A stretch of DNA of 64,000 bases from Blastocystis sp. Blastoise (taxonomy: Eukaryota; Protista; Bigyra: Opalinata): assembly GCA_039096225.1 (NCBI GenBank), contig JBBPEB010000007.1, forward strand, positions 744,001 through 808,000, given 5' to 3'. Below the pieces are notes generated by a model that made no database searches, was not told the DNA's origin, and saw only the letters and a list, made by a program, of their open reading frames with translations. The translations under genes and the position numbers were made by a program. Below are positions 29,066 through 43,886 of this stretch, in pieces (within the stretch, counting starts at the first letter, position 1; every line of letters starts with the position of its first letter).

Positions 29066-29671
29066 AATAAATAAATAAATAAATATAAATAAATAAATAT
29101 AAATAAATAAATAAATAAATAAATAAATATAAATAAATAAATAAATAAATAAATAAATATAAATAAATAATTATATATATATACCAGGTGACATTAGTGT
29201 TAGGCCTAAAGAAAGATAACAATAAATAATAAATTCAATAAAAATATAATAATAAATATGCTTCTTGTTAGGACAGTTCTTGGCATAATGTCCAGCTTGT
29301 TTACAGATGTAACAGACAACTTCACTATATGTATTGAAAGCAAATGAGATAAGTCATTTAAAAAAAATAAAGTTCTTTGTGAATAATAAATAAAAAATAC
29401 GATTGATTTTCATCATTTCTGGGTTGATCACGTCTGTTGTATCTATTGTAACGTCTAGGTCTGTAGGTATTTTCACCACTTTCAGTTTGAGAAGGACATT
29501 CTCTAGCAATATGGCCAACACCTCCACACTTATAACAACGCTTAGCATCAACAGGTTCATTGGTCTTTTCAGGACAATCTCTAGCAATATGACCGGTCTG
29601 TTTACAAATGTAACAAGTCTTTTCCTAAATGAATATATATAGCTTCAAAATGTATATAGAAATCATACCAT
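28769..29671 (-). CDS. CNBP/Gis2-like protein with 7 CCHC zinc knuckles
   Basis: Seven CxxCxxxGHxxxxC motifs after splicing (CYICKQTGHIARDC ... CRKCNQPGHTAKEC). The first coding exon is only the ATG. Confidence 0.92.
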
Positions 29672-30733
29672 TTCTACACTCCTCTCAAAAAATAAAGGTA
29701 ATTAAAAGTAAAAAAAGTATACTCAAAAAGAATTAGAAAAATGGTTGGTTAAAAAATATGAAATCTCGCTTGGATGTCAGTGAAACACAAAGAATCGTGA
29801 TAATTATGGATCTTACTACAGAAAAACTACTGATTTTCATGAATATTCTTTTGATACATACACCCCAAAAAAAATTTTCAATTTAAATCCAAAGATGGTT
29901 GATTATCATACTTCATAACTATAGTGATTTCATTAAAGTATTATTAAAACATGGATTATTTACTTGTTTATGTTAATATTCATTGGAGAAGCAGTTAATA
30001 TATATAGCTATTGAAAGTCTGCTTTATAAATGATTTTGATACTATAATTGTTATTATTTTCTATTTGCTTTTAAATAAGTTCGATAATGAGGTAAATTAT
30101 GTCACTTTGACAATTCTGTATCATAGAAATTCATATAATAAGACTTATATCGTTAGAACTGTAGATATAGAAGACTTTTCAATTCTTTTTTCTTTGAAAA
30201 GGTATAAAATGAGTCTCTGGAATGTAAAGATGAATATGATACTGAGGATCAGAGCAAAGAAATTGTTTTAAAGATATATTCTATCACAAGTTGCGTTTTT
30301 ATGATTATTTTTGTTAATAATAAGTATAATATTTCAATTGAAAAGTGATTCCGAAAAATATTAGAGTTGATACTCATAGTTTAAAAAAATAAATTTGAAG
30401 TAATTTGAGAATCATAGATGAAATCCGAAATATTTTTTCAATATGAACATATAATATAATTTAAAACATTCTCTAAAACAATATTAGAAGTTATTTACAA
30501 TGATTGTATTTACAAGAATTGAGTAATTGGTCTCTATAAGATAGAAAATAGAAAAAGATAAATACATGAATAAAATAGAGAAATAGGTATTTAATCTAGA
30601 ATAATCATGATTATAAAAATTATGATGGGAAAAGGCGTATTTAGAAAATTGAAAAATGGTTGTTTTTCTTTAATTAAAACGAAGTGATTTATTGTATTAC
30701 TTGGTTTCTTCTAATTGATAATTCTGAATAATA

Positions 30734-31048
30734 ATGAGCGGCAGTATACCTATAAAGTTATTACATGAAGGTGAAGGTAACACAGTGTTTCTTGAATTAC
30801 AATCAGGTGAGAAATACAGAGGTCATTTATTAAGTGCTGAAGATACTATGAATTGCCATCTCACAAATGTGTCTATGAGAGACCGATGTGGCAAAGTTTC
30901 AAAGTTAGAAACTGTATTCATTCGTGGTAGTACTATTCGTTATATTGTTTTACCAGATATATTAAAGAACTCTCCTATGTTCCAAAAAGTACAAAAAATG
31001 AAGGAAGCTAGAGATGAAAAAGAAAATGCTAAAAATAAAAAGAAGTAA
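30734..31048 (+). CDS. SNRPD3: Small nuclear ribonucleoprotein Sm D3, intronless
   Basis: IPIKLLHEGEG, GEKYRGHL..AEDTMNC, LETVFIRGSTIRYIVLPDILKNSPMF. Confidence 0.95.
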   Translation: MSGSIPIKLLHEGEGNTVFLELQSGEKYRGHLLSAEDTMNCHLTNVSMRDRCGKVSKLETVFIRGSTIRYIVLPDILKNSPMFQKVQKMKEARDEKENAKNKKK

Positions 31049-31358
31049 TTTATGTTCTATTCTTATATTGTTTCTTGTTTTTCTTATGAATATTTATGAA
31101 TATAAGTGTATAGTCTTTATAATTAATGTGTATGTATATGACTTTCATTTGTTTTTTGTTTTTGTATTATTTTTCAAAAGGTTTCTTAAATATATATTTT
31201 TAAAACTCATTCTTTTCCTTATAAATTGGTAATAAAGATTACTCTATGTTTGAATAGATTTTATTCATTTGATACATAAAAACTTATAGAATGATTGCTT
31301 GAAGTTATAAAAGAAAAATAGCAATAATAGTAATATCAAATATTTATAAGGATAATTT

Positions 31359-32427
31359 TTATAAATTGGCTTTTTGTTCCCATCTTTCTTTTGCCATAAA
31401 CCTATATAGAGAATATATATATAAATAGTAGAACATTATATAAGATTCTAATAAATACCTCCAAGAAGCTTTAGCAACATATTTTTCCAACTCTTTCTTT
31501 CGTTCATCCTAATCATATATAATTTAGATAATATTGATAATAATAATTATAAAATAGATAATAAATAGATAATTAATTTTAATAGAATATTTATTTTTAA
31601 ATAGAATAATAAAATAAAATTAATAGAATAATTAATTTTTAATAGAATAATTAATTTTTAATAAAATGATTTATTTTTTAATAGAATAATTAATTTTAAT
31701 AGAATGATTATTTTTTAATAGAATAATAAAATAAAACTAAAAGAATAATAATAAATTTAAAATATATAAATTAAATATATATAATGTTAATATACTAAAT
31801 AAAAATATATCTTTATTAAAATATACTTTTGTTTCAATTTCATAATCAGCTTTTTTACCTGCTACTTGTGCTGCTTTTAGTAATTTATATTCAGAATATT
31901 CTTTACTAACTCTCTCTGCTTCTTTAAAATTACATTCATTTAAATATTGATCAATTTCTTTCTCATATTCTTTCTACGTAAATAATGAATAAAAAAACTA
32001 ATGATTCATTTATAGATTTATGTATATAGACATAGAACTATATACTTCTTTTTCACTCTTTTCATAATAGGGTTTATTAGATATATTAAAATTCTTTAAA
32101 AATAGAACAGTTCTTTCAGGTATATCTGACTTCTATATATATATTAATTATATTGATCGGAATGATCAATATTCAATTACATTTGACGAATTCTTTTCTT
32201 TTTGCTTATTTAATCCTATCCTTTCTTTTTTATCTATATATAATATATTAATTTATTATTCATAACATTAATATTTGACAAAAAATACGTGATTTATTCT
32301 TCTTTGTGGTAGTTTTGCTTATGAATTTTGTTGATTCTTCTTCAGATACTCGTGATTTCGATTTTAATTCTTGTAAACGTTTCAAATATTCTTGTTTACT
32401 TGATAACTTTGATGATTGATTTTCCAT
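31359..32427 (-). CDS. FAM204A-like protein, 6 exons (not in the ORF track)
   Basis: MENQSSKLSSKQEYLKRLQELK...EKEIDQYLNECNFKEAERVS...ASW.FMAKERWEQKANL*. The C-terminus matches the FAM204A W.FEAK.RWE.K.N signature. Confidence 0.75.
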
Positions 32428-32739
32428 TCTAAAGTTTTCTGTAGAGTTATTTCAATTGCTGAATAAGCTATTCCTGTTGTTTTATAGTAAAATTTAAATT
32501 GAAAGAGTCTGTTTATGAAACTTATAAAATTTGTAGTGTGTTCCAGTCGATTCCCGTAACTATGTATATCACTTTTCTTTTTGCTATTTTTGTCATTAGA
32601 ATAAATAAATTCATATAGTTTCGTATCAAACAACATGAGAAAATGAAGCATTCATTATATCAAAAACTAAAAAGTATAAAAAACTAAAAAACAGGTAGTT
32701 TTTTAGGAAGGTTTTAAAGTAGAAACACTAATAGACAAC

Positions 32740-34363
32740 ATGGCTGGCTTCTTTTCTATAGAAAAACGTATTCATTGACCCTATTTACATAGATGAAAAA
32801 ATGAAAATGTCCTTCAGAACAAGTGAATAATCACGGTTATTTCTTATTCAATAGAAGAATCGTTACTTTTCTAGCCAATCATCAAGAAGATATCATTTTC
32901 GTCGTGTCTTTATTGGGATTTCATCAGGTGCTTTCATTTTGTTCCATAAAAGAATTAGGTCCAGGTGACAAACCAGTCGTCATTCAGGATTATTCACTTC
33001 ATTATTTTTTCTGTTCGTCATATTTCTTTTATTTATTTGGAAAGAGTATTTTATTGCAAATGAGCGGGTAAGTTTTTATTCTCTTAATTTATATATACAT
33101 TTTATAGTTATCGTAATTTAAGTAAGTAATGTGTCATTTGATTCATCTAGTGTGATTTTATAGAAATTGCTAAAGATTATTTTAAGGAAAATAACAAACA
33201 TGGAATAGGGAAGTCTAATTCGGAATCTAAAAAGTATATAAGTTTTTTTTAGAAATACTGTGATTGTTATAGTTTTTTCTAATTTTTTTAAAGATTACAT
33301 TTTTAAAAATTAAGTTTTATTATTATATAAATGTAATCATATTTATGATCACAAGTTATATGTTGTAATTTTTACTATTTTTTTTTTGTATAGAATCAGT
33401 CCATATGGTCGTAGTTATCTTATGAATCCATTAAGAACAAAGAATTTATCGATTCTTTCAACACTTAATAAAGATTCTACTCATCATTTATATCATATAA
33501 ACAATCAAGCCATTTGTATATTTTTATTTATTTGCTAGATTAGTATTATTATATGTTTTCATTATTATTATATGTTAAATTATTATTATATGCTAAATTA
33601 TTATTATATTTTTATTATTATTATATGTTTTCATTATTATTATATTTTCATTATTATTATATGTTAAATTATTATTATATGTTTTTATTATTATTATATA
33701 TTTTCATTATTATTATATTTTCATTATTATATATCTTCATTATTATTATATATTTTCATTATTATTATATTTTCATTATTATTATTATATTTTCATTATT
33801 ATTATATTTTCATTATTATTTATTGTAAATATAACTATAAAAGATTTCCCTTTTTTTCTTGACTATAATACTATACTTTTATTCTATATATAGTGAGAAA
33901 TGAGACAAGCCTTCAACGTTTAAGTCAACTAGTAACATCTTCTAATTATAGAAGTAAACATGCAAGAACTTTATTATATGGACCTTCATATAATGAAAAT
34001 TCTTCGATTTCTTTACATATTCCTAAAACAATGAGTTCTATCACAGATATTTCAAATGACAAACCTATTCATATTATTGTATTTTTATAAATATTTATTT
34101 AGAGTCAAGATATATTATTAATATATATATATAAAATACTCTATATATACTATTTAGGTTCCTACTGAGAAGACTGAACAACCGAGAAGAAGACGAGCTT
34201 CATCTATCGAAGTATATAATATATATATATTACAAAAATATTATTATTATATATATATTTTTAGATTTTAACTATGATGGATTCAACACATAAAATGTTA
34301 AGTAATGTTATTCAGACGAACTCTAAACAAAATGAATCAGAAAAGAAATCAGACTTTGAATAA
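32740..34363 (+). CDS. Hypothetical protein, multi-exon; 5' structure uncertain
   Basis: In-frame GT-AG exon chain (IAKDYFKENNK / ISPYGRSYLMNPL / RNETSLQRL / PTEKTEQPRRRRASSIE / ...KKSDFE*). No family recognised. Confidence 0.55.
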
Positions 34364-34949
34364 TTATATTATCTATTATTTTTTTTTATTTCATACATCT
34401 ATCAATTTCTTTTTGATATATATATATATATTTAAAAAATATTTAGTTAAATTTATTGTCTATTTATACACAATTCCATCTTTTTTTTTTGCTAGTTGCT
34501 TTTTAAAAAATTATTTATTATTATATATATTTGTATCATAGTCTATTTAATTACTCTCATACATACATAAGTTATGCTTTATATTGCTTAAGCTCTAATT
34601 TAGTTTAATTGTTGCTTGCTTTCTTGCTTTTTTGTGTTTTGTTTGAATAATTGCTTATCATTTATTAGTTGAAGAATAATATCAATGACAATAAGATACT
34701 TAGTTAAAATAAAAAACAATCCTAAACAACACAAATAAAAAAATCATTTTAAAACAGAAACCAGGAATATCATGAATATAAGGTACATATATAAGAAAAG
34801 GATCCTAAATGTTTTTAGAAATTTATAATTTACCTTGGGGATTCTTTTTTTATATAAGAGATATAAAACAATAGTGGACTCTATTATTCATACAATATTT
34901 TCCTTTTTTATATATTGTTTTGGCTTTAATTTCTTCTGGATACAAAAAA

Positions 34950-35630
34950 ATGGCAAATAACTATATGACTGTTGATACACAACACTCTGATATGATCCAT
35001 GATGCTCAATTTGATTATTATGGAACTTTATTAGCAACTTGTTCATCAGATGAGAAGATCAAAGTATACAAATTGTTAAAGCAACCTGTATTATTTACTG
35101 AAATATCTGAGTATATTGATGAACTTCTCATATTATTTTTTTGAATATATCTATTTTATTTCTCTTACTATGTTAAGTATAATTATATGAAAATAAATGA
35201 ATTATTTATAGACATCATGGACCTGTATGGAGAGTTGCTTGGGCTCATCCCATTTTTGGTACTATTTTAGCTTCTTGTTCTTATGATTCTATTGTCAAGA
35301 TTTTTTCTATTGAACCTGATGGAAGCTATACTACATTATATTCTTATGAAAATCATAAAAGTTCAGGTATTTTAAAATATTTTGATATTTATTATATAAA
35401 TATATTTGTTTTCATTATTTTAATTTAAAATGATTTTATATTTTATTATAGTAAATTCTATATCTTGGGCTCCTCGTGAATTTGGTTTATGCTTAGCTTG
35501 TGCTTCTTCTGATGGCTCTGTCTCAATTATTAGTAGAAAAGGTAATATATATATTTATTTTATTATTGATTATTCTATTAGATCTATGTTATTTTATTCT
35601 ATATATAAATAATAATATATAAGTTATAAA

Positions 35631-35662
<32 letters not shown>

Positions 35663-36693
35663 GATGATCAAGTATGGCAGAGTAAAGTTATTAGTGTATC
35701 TACTGTTGGTTGTAATAGTATCTCTTTTGCTCCTTATAGACATATTGGATCCGAAGTATATATATAATAATATAGATTAATTAGTATTAAATATAATATA
35801 TAAAGAAATAATGATTATTATATATATATATTAATAGGAATCAAATAATATATATATGCGTATTGCTGTTGGTTGTTCAGATGCTTGCATTTATATCTAT
35901 AAGTATATTATATTATATTATATTATATTTTTAAAAATAAATAATATATATAATATATATTTTTTAGATATAAAAATTGTTTGAATATAATAATATTAAT
36001 AATATATATAGATGTAAAGCTGAAGGTGGTGAATGGGAATTAGATACTAAATTAATAGGTCATTCTGATTGGGTACGTGATGTTGTTTGGTCTCCTTATA
36101 CTGGTGTTCCTTATAATCTTATTGCTTCTTGTGGTAAAGTATGTTATATATATTATAGATATATATATAACTATATTTAACTATTTATATTATAAAATAA
36201 AAAATTATAAAAGTATTTGTATCATAAAATATATTATAATTATATAACAATATATTTATATCATCAATTATAATATATATAATATATTTCATATAAACAA
36301 AGCAACAATACTAATTATATATATATATATATATAAATATACATTTTTAATCTATAGGATAATAAATTATATATATGGAGTCAAAAAGCTAATGAAGAAT
36401 GGGTTTCTACTTTAATTAAAACATTTGACACAAATCTTTGGAGAGCTTCGTGGAGTCTTACTGGAAATCTTTTATCTGTATTTATTTTATTTTTGTATTC
36501 AATAATAATAATATTAATAATAATATTAATAATAATATTAATAATAATATTAATCATAATAATAATAATAAATATAATAATATATTTTATTCATTCTTTA
36601 TAGGTTACTTCAGGAACTCAAGAAGTTACTATTTGGAAGGAATCTTTTGAAGGTAAATGGGAAGTTATTAGCGATTCTTTAGTTGAAAATTAA
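34950..36693 (+). CDS. SEC13: Protein SEC13 (WD40; COPII/nuclear pore/GATOR2)
   Basis: [90 protein letters not shown]. Confidence 0.96.
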
Positions 36694-36985
36694 AAAAAAT
36701 ATCAATCTTCATTTTCTATCAATATTATTCATTATATTTATTTTTATATACATGTGGTTTCAAAAAACATAATAATTACAAAATTGTTGCTTTAAATGCA
36801 TTTTACAATAAGTTGTGTACTAGAAGATTTTATTGTTTTTTTGAAAAAAGACAAATATTAAATAAAAAAAAAAAAATGTTCAATTTGTGTATAAAAGTAA
36901 ACAGAAGAGTTACAAAACAGATGTATATCAAACAACTAGATTAGTTGCGAACACACGTTTGAAGATATACTTAGATATAGTTAAT

Positions 36986-37979
36986 TTATTCAGTAAGAGA
37001 CATAATAGCATTGACCATATCACCATTGCTCTTCTTGATAGCAGCAATAGCCTTATTACGGGTACAACTAGTTTGTTCCATAACGAAGGAAATATCGGAG
37101 TCTTCAATACCAGTAGCATCAACTTCTTCTTCATCAGCAGGTTCTTCAGCAGTAGCTACAGCAGCTTCAGGAGCAGCCTATATATGTATATATATATATA
37201 GAAATAATAAATAAAAAAATAATTATATCAAAAAGGCTGAAGAAGAAATAATAATAATAATAAAAATAATAATAATAAATAAATAAATAAAAAAATAATA
37301 AATAAAAAAAAAAAAATAATAATAATAAAAAAACAAATAAATAATAACATTAATAATAATAAATGCAGGTTTTTGAGTAGCAATACTCTTGGCAGCAGCT
37401 TCAGCAGCTCTGGCTTGAGGGGTAATATCTTCTACCTTAATATCACCGAAAATAACATAAGAACTGGTTTCAGGAGCCTTGAAAACATCAGGTTGGTTTA
37501 CAGAGAAAACAGTATATAAATAATAAATTAAAAACCTGATTATTATTGATATTTTATTCTTTTTTTATAAAAAAAAAAAAAAATAATAATATAATATAAA
37601 TACATATCTATCTAATTAAATTTATTTCTAATATAATTATAAACATCATTTTTATAAAGAAAAAAAATATAGAATCTGAAAAAAAGATAAATGAAGAATA
37701 AATGATGGAAAATAGTATATATACAGTGGCATCTTTCTTCATAGCAACACGGAGAACACCGGGAACATGGGTTAAACCAAGCTTTAAGAGAGCTTTACGG
37801 GCTTTCTTTTCATTTCTGCTTTGTTTACCAGCTCTCATAGATCCTTGAGGAACTTCGACGTTTTCGTCTTCAGAGTGAACTTCTTCAATTTCCTTAGGTT
37901 CGGTTTCTTCCTATTTTATGCTCATTTATATAAATTTTTATGTATATACAACAGTAGGTTTGGTATTTTCTTCAACCAT
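36986..37979 (-). CDS. NACA: Nascent polypeptide-associated complex alpha subunit, 4 exons
   Basis: [42 protein letters not shown]-terminal UBA-like DISFVMEQ...[21 protein letters not shown]. Confidence 0.96.
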
Positions 37980-38921
37980 TTTATCAAACGTGAGTATTAA
38001 ATATCTTGATAATAGTGACAAGAAAAGCTTAAAAAATTATGGTTTAGGCATAGAACTCTAAAAGGGGATATAATTCAGAAAGTGACCCTTTCTCAGTTTT
38101 TTTATTTCTATAGCCATTCATTTTACTCTATAACTTTTCACTACTTTTCGTCATTTAACAATCATCTTTTCATTCTCGTACCTATTTCTAATGAACATTT
38201 TTTTCCATTTCTTTTTATTTATGGGAATTATTTTATTTTCTTTTATTCTCTTTTTCGTAAGTCTTATACACATAATCTTAATTTTATGTAATATCAAGTG
38301 ATGCTCAATGCTTTCTATATAGTACATAAACAAAAAATAACTCATTGATAACAATTTAGTAAGACAACTAGAATTTATTATGCTTTTTAATGCAATTATT
38401 CTTTTCCTTAATACTTACAGTGTCTTAACATAATCAAAGAAGATGAATTATAGAAGTTTATTCATATATAAATGAAGAACAATTATTTCTTGATGTTCTT
38501 TTAACTTATTAACTAAGAAATTATATCTAAAACAATCAGAACATGATCAAGAGATCATTTATATTCTTGCTTGTAATTTTTAATAATAATTATGGGTTTG
38601 GGTTGTTGGAATAAATTCTCTATTCCACTCTAATTTGCTTATTCTTACATACTGTTTATTATTCATAAACTAAACATCATAAGTATAAATCAATATAGGT
38701 AAACAATAAATATGTATATGAAGAAACAGGAAACACAAAAATAATAGAGAAACACAACACTGTTTCTTAAATACGACATAACGAAGAATCTAGATTATTC
38801 ATGAATGTTAACCATGAATTACTAATTATTTGTGGAAATAGGAAGATATGCTAGAAGATTGTTTGTATTTCTAAAATTTAAATAAAAACTATTCTATATT
38901 GCTATATACATTTTAAATATC

Positions 38922-41900
38922 ATGAAGAAAGCATCGAGTTTCGGGAATCTTATTATTACCAGAAGAAATGGTGAGGATGATGCTGTTTATCCCATTGTCG
39001 ATCATGTTTTCATTGGAAGGTATTTTATCACAGATATATACATAATATCATTTAAATAATAATTTCAAATACGTAGAAGTAAGAATTGCCAGCTGATTAT
39101 CAAAAAGAAGTCAGTTTCTAAAGTAAATACACTTCTCTTAATTAAAGACAACAAAGTATATTTATATTAATTTTATATGTTTAATGATTCTAGGTTTATT
39201 TAAAACCTTTAAGTGAAAAGTGTCCAACAAAACTGAATGGAACAGTAATGACTGATGAAATATTATTAAAGAATGATGATATTATTGAAATTGGTGGACG
39301 AATCTTTAAATTTAAAACAGGTATGCTATTTATAGTCTCTGAGAATATCTTCTATAGTTCCTGGATCTAAAAAACACCTTAAAACAGTATTTTAAATAAT
39401 TCTTAAAAAAATATAATTTATGAATATAATATTATAATTTTTTTTTATATAGAGCCGTCAATCTCTTCTTCCTGATACAACAGATGATCTAGATATAACT
39501 ACAATTGTCGATGAGAATGATATTCTTCCTGTATCACCTTCTTCAGATTTAGAAATAGATACTATTCAAGATTTGAATAATAAAGATATGAATATAAATA
39601 CTAGTATTCATTGCCCTTTTCAGTCACCTCAAAAAACGGTTCAACCAAATATTCGTCGTTTATCTTCATTAAATTCTTCACTTCCAAATTCGAAAAAAAT
39701 ATCTACTTCTATTTATGAGTTATTAAAAACACCAAATAAAGTATTTCCTTCTTCTCTTTCGTTCTTATCTCCAATAACTCCCTCTTCTTCTCTTCAATAT
39801 GCATTAATAAAAACAAAACAACAAAAGAAAAATAATTTTACACCTATACAACAAAATAAAATACTTCATGAAAACCAAGATAATCATGAGAATTCCATTG
39901 TTTCAGAACAAAACTCTTCACATGGTAAGAGAGCTATTATTATTAAGAAGAAAAACTCAAATCATTCTCTTTCTTCATCTTCTTTGGTCTCTCCTATTAA
40001 ATGTCACATTGTCAAGACAAAACATGTATATTATTATTATTTATATACTAGATTTTTTTATTTAATATTACTTTTTTTATATATGTATATATATAAATAT
40101 ATTTATAGCATATTCCTGGAACTCCTCTATCTGTTCACAAACTTCAAAATGGACATGTATATTTTATATATATATTATTATTATTTTATTATTATATCTG
40201 ATAAAATTTCTTCACAGTTTTCGACTCTTATTCTACATAAATGAAATAATAAATATTATATTTAGTTAAAATATAAAAAAAATATACTATATAATATAAT
40301 AATAATATATATGAATAGTTACCTGAAAATATCAATAATGCTATCTCTGGTTCAACTAAATCTTCATCAACTTCTCTTTCTCCTACTCTCTTATCTACAC
40401 TTTCTTCAATAAAGAATCCTTCTCTATGTATAACTAGAACACGTACAAGCCTTAAGGAAGGCTTACACCCTGATCTTAAACAACAATTATTAAACGTAGG
40501 TATAACTCCATCACCAAAACAAATACCAGAAGCATCTGATGATAATGAATTATTGAATGATAATATAGAATCTACAAGTCATATTGATATACACAATGTA
40601 TATATATTGAATATTTTAAATATATTAATATAATTTGTTATTTGTTCTCTAAAAAATAATTTATAGTAGTTCATTTTTTTTTAATATTTATTTCCTATAG
40701 TTTGGATACATATTAATTACATTCACATCTATATATAACTATTTCTATTTTAATTTTTTGATTTATTTATAGCCTCGTAGTTCGTTTCCTAAAGAAGGTC
40801 TACCTTTATATTTAAAAAAACCTATTGAAGATGGAATAACTATGAAACAACAAGAAGAGAAACAAGGCCAAGAAAAGAATCCAATTATTGTGAATATTCC
40901 TGATTTGAAATATTATTATATTGATGATACTCCTCTAGATACTTCTAAAGATATTATGAATAATAATAAAGACAAACAGGAAATAGAAATGAATGACAAT
41001 AATACTATTAATAAGAAATTATTTGATGATTCTAATTATGAATATATTGAAACAATAGAAGAAGAAGAAGAGAATGATGATGATAATAATAATATGAATG
41101 AATTGAATAAAGAGAATAATCAATGGACAAATCTTATTGAAGACAAACAACAATTTCAAGTCTATAATGGAGACATTGTATATATATAATTTAATTACCT
41201 ATATCTATTTTTTAAAGTTTTATTCATATTTATTTTTTTTTGTTTTATTATTTATTTTTGTTTATACATTATATATATATATATATACATAGAAAGAAGT
41301 TGATTCTCCTTCTCTTCAACGTGCATTGTTTCCAGAATGTGATCAAGAAACTAATTCAAATAGTATTATAGGTGATACACTAGAAAAAGATAATATGAAT
41401 AAAGATATATTAAATAATTCTATTCATAATACTAATAATGATGATATATTGAATGAAATAGATTCTGAAGAATCAAATGATACTAATAAGAATAATGGAA
41501 GACCTTCATTCTTTGATGAATATTATATGGATATAAAAGAAACACCTATTGTAGATGATGAAGTTATTTGTGTTCCTATGGAAATATCTGAACGACATTC
41601 TATTCTTGATATATCTACAAAAGACGAAAATGAACCAATTTATCTAAAATATCATGTATATAGATAGTATTTTGTGTATAAATTAGAATCTTAATGGCTA
41701 TTATTGTTCTTTTTAGTTATTATATTATTTTATTATTATTATGTATTTTTATTTTTATATTATTTTATTATTATTTTATATTTTATTATTTACTGTTATT
41801 CATGAATTTATTAAATTTTTTTACTGAATAATATTTATCTAGTATTTATATATATATAGACTACAGTTGATCTTTCAGATTCTGATACTATGGAAATATC

Positions 41901-42735
41901 TAAAAAAGATGCTTCAACAGATATTTCAAAAGATGTTTCAAAGGAATCACAAGAATCAAAAGAATCAAATGAATCAAATGAATCAAAAGAATCAAATGAA
42001 TCAAATGAATCAAATGAATCAAAAGAATCAAATGAATCAAATGAATCAAAAGAATCAAAAGAATTAAAAGAATTAAAAGAATTAAAAGAATCAAAAGAAT
42101 CAAAAGAATCAAAACAATTAAAAGATAGATCGCCTTCTTTAACTCCTTGTTGTTGTATATGTCATGATTCTTCATTTGTAAGATTAAATAAAATAATTAC
42201 TTGTTCTTGTTGTCATCATAATTATCATAAACAATGTGCTGGATTAAAACGATTACCGGATGCTAATTGGACATGTAAAGAATGTCAATTTATCAAGAAT
42301 AATAATCAAGAAAAAATATCTTCTTCAAACAATAAATCAGATGATTCTCATGATTATACGAAGATATGTGAATTATGTCATAATAATACATTTGATGATA
42401 AACATATAGGTGTTGTTTGTAGTTTATGTAATCATATTTATCATGAAACTTGTTTAGGTAATCGTATAGTAACTAGGCATTTTATATGTAATAATTGTAA
42501 GAAAACACCTCTATCTCAATCAAAAACACATGAATCTTCCTCTTCTTCTACTATTACTACATCTTTAATTCCTATGATTTCCTCAGAAACTATTACTATT
42601 GATAAAGCTTCTTTAATGAATCAAACAGTTGCTGATCTTCGAAAACAATTAAAACAATTACATGCTCCTATTTATGGAGTAAAAATAGATATTGTGGATC
42701 GATTATATAAATTATTAACAAAACAAAATGAATAA
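38922..42735 (+). CDS. Ki-67-type FHA domain + long disordered region + 2 PHD fingers + SAP-like domain
   Basis: N-terminal LIITRRNGEDD..YPI...FIGR...C.L.I....VSK...PTKLNG....LKNDDIIEIGGRIFKF. Two C4HC3 fingers. C-terminal TVADLRKQLKQLHAPIYGVKIDIVDRL. Confidence 0.8.
41943..42112 (+). repeat. Coding 9-bp tandem repeat (ESK/ESN/ELK)
   Basis: GAATCAAAA/GAATCAAAT/GAATTAAAA units in frame, upstream of the PHD fingers. Confidence 0.9.
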
Positions 42736-43886
42736 TCATTTAGTTTTATTTTTTATATATCTTCATAGTTTTTACATTTCTTTTATTATATAGTATATAA
42801 AATAATATTGCTATTGCTATTGCTATTTTATTTCTTTTTAGATATAGTGTATACAATACAAAATTTGTTTTGCTTTATTGAATATAGATGAATCATATAA
42901 ATAACAAATAATATTGATGCTTTTTATTAATAAAGGACTCTAGTAGTTCTTATGTGAATTGTGTATTTTTATAGTATCAAATATAGTACGATTTATTACC
43001 ATATTTTTATCTTAATAACAACATGAATAATAATAAAAAAATTATTTAAGAAAGAATACAAGTTCAATGAGAATTAATACTTGATATATATTTTATAATT
43101 ACAGATATATTGATCGAAGATAATCGATGAAATAAAATAGTTATAGTCTGTTAAATAATATATCAATGTTTCTTAATACTTATTCATTCTAGAAACTCTG
43201 TGAATAATTGACTCATTATTGACATTAAGATCCAATTTCGTTATATAATCTGAATAAAAATAAAAGAGAAACATGACTGTTCCTCTCTAAAAATTATATT
43301 ATAATATAATCAATATACTACACAAAAAGAAAGAAATTGTAAATTAAATTTAGATAAGCAGAATTACTCATCAATAATTAAAATTTTAATTTTCATAGTT
43401 TATTTTACACATATAAAATAACAAATTAAAGCTTATGAGGATGATATTTGAACATTTATGATTGAAATGATATTTAAAACGTAAAACCATGTTTCTAAAC
43501 ATCTAAATATTATGTGTATAGTCTCACAGACATTATAAAACAGAATTCTACATATCTAAATAAAGAAGATCTCAAAAAAGTTATAATTTCATGATCAAAT
43601 TACTTACTTAGAGTATTTTACTTGAATAGTACAGTATCTTCGTTCATGTTTTATCAATTCATATCATTTCTTTATTGGAATATATGTTTAAATATTTATT
43701 AAAAGAATAATCATGGGTATTTCAATATATTTCAAGAGCATTTAATTATTTCCTGGAATAATTTGATTCTGGGTACATCACAAGTAAAAGTGTACCTTTC
43801 TCGTTACTCTTTGTTAATATTGAAACCTTAGTAGTATTTATTATTTGTATATAGTCTATCAGAAGATTAGGAGATATTAGAAATTT

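Noticed and set aside
28760-29642. Plus-strand ORFs over CNBP, and similar ones over NACA and RPSA
   Set aside because: They are antisense shadows of strongly codon-biased genes.
28769-29671. Retrotransposon gag (zinc knuckles)
   Set aside because: This is an intron-containing 7-knuckle cellular CNBP architecture, with no protease, RT, integrase or LTRs.
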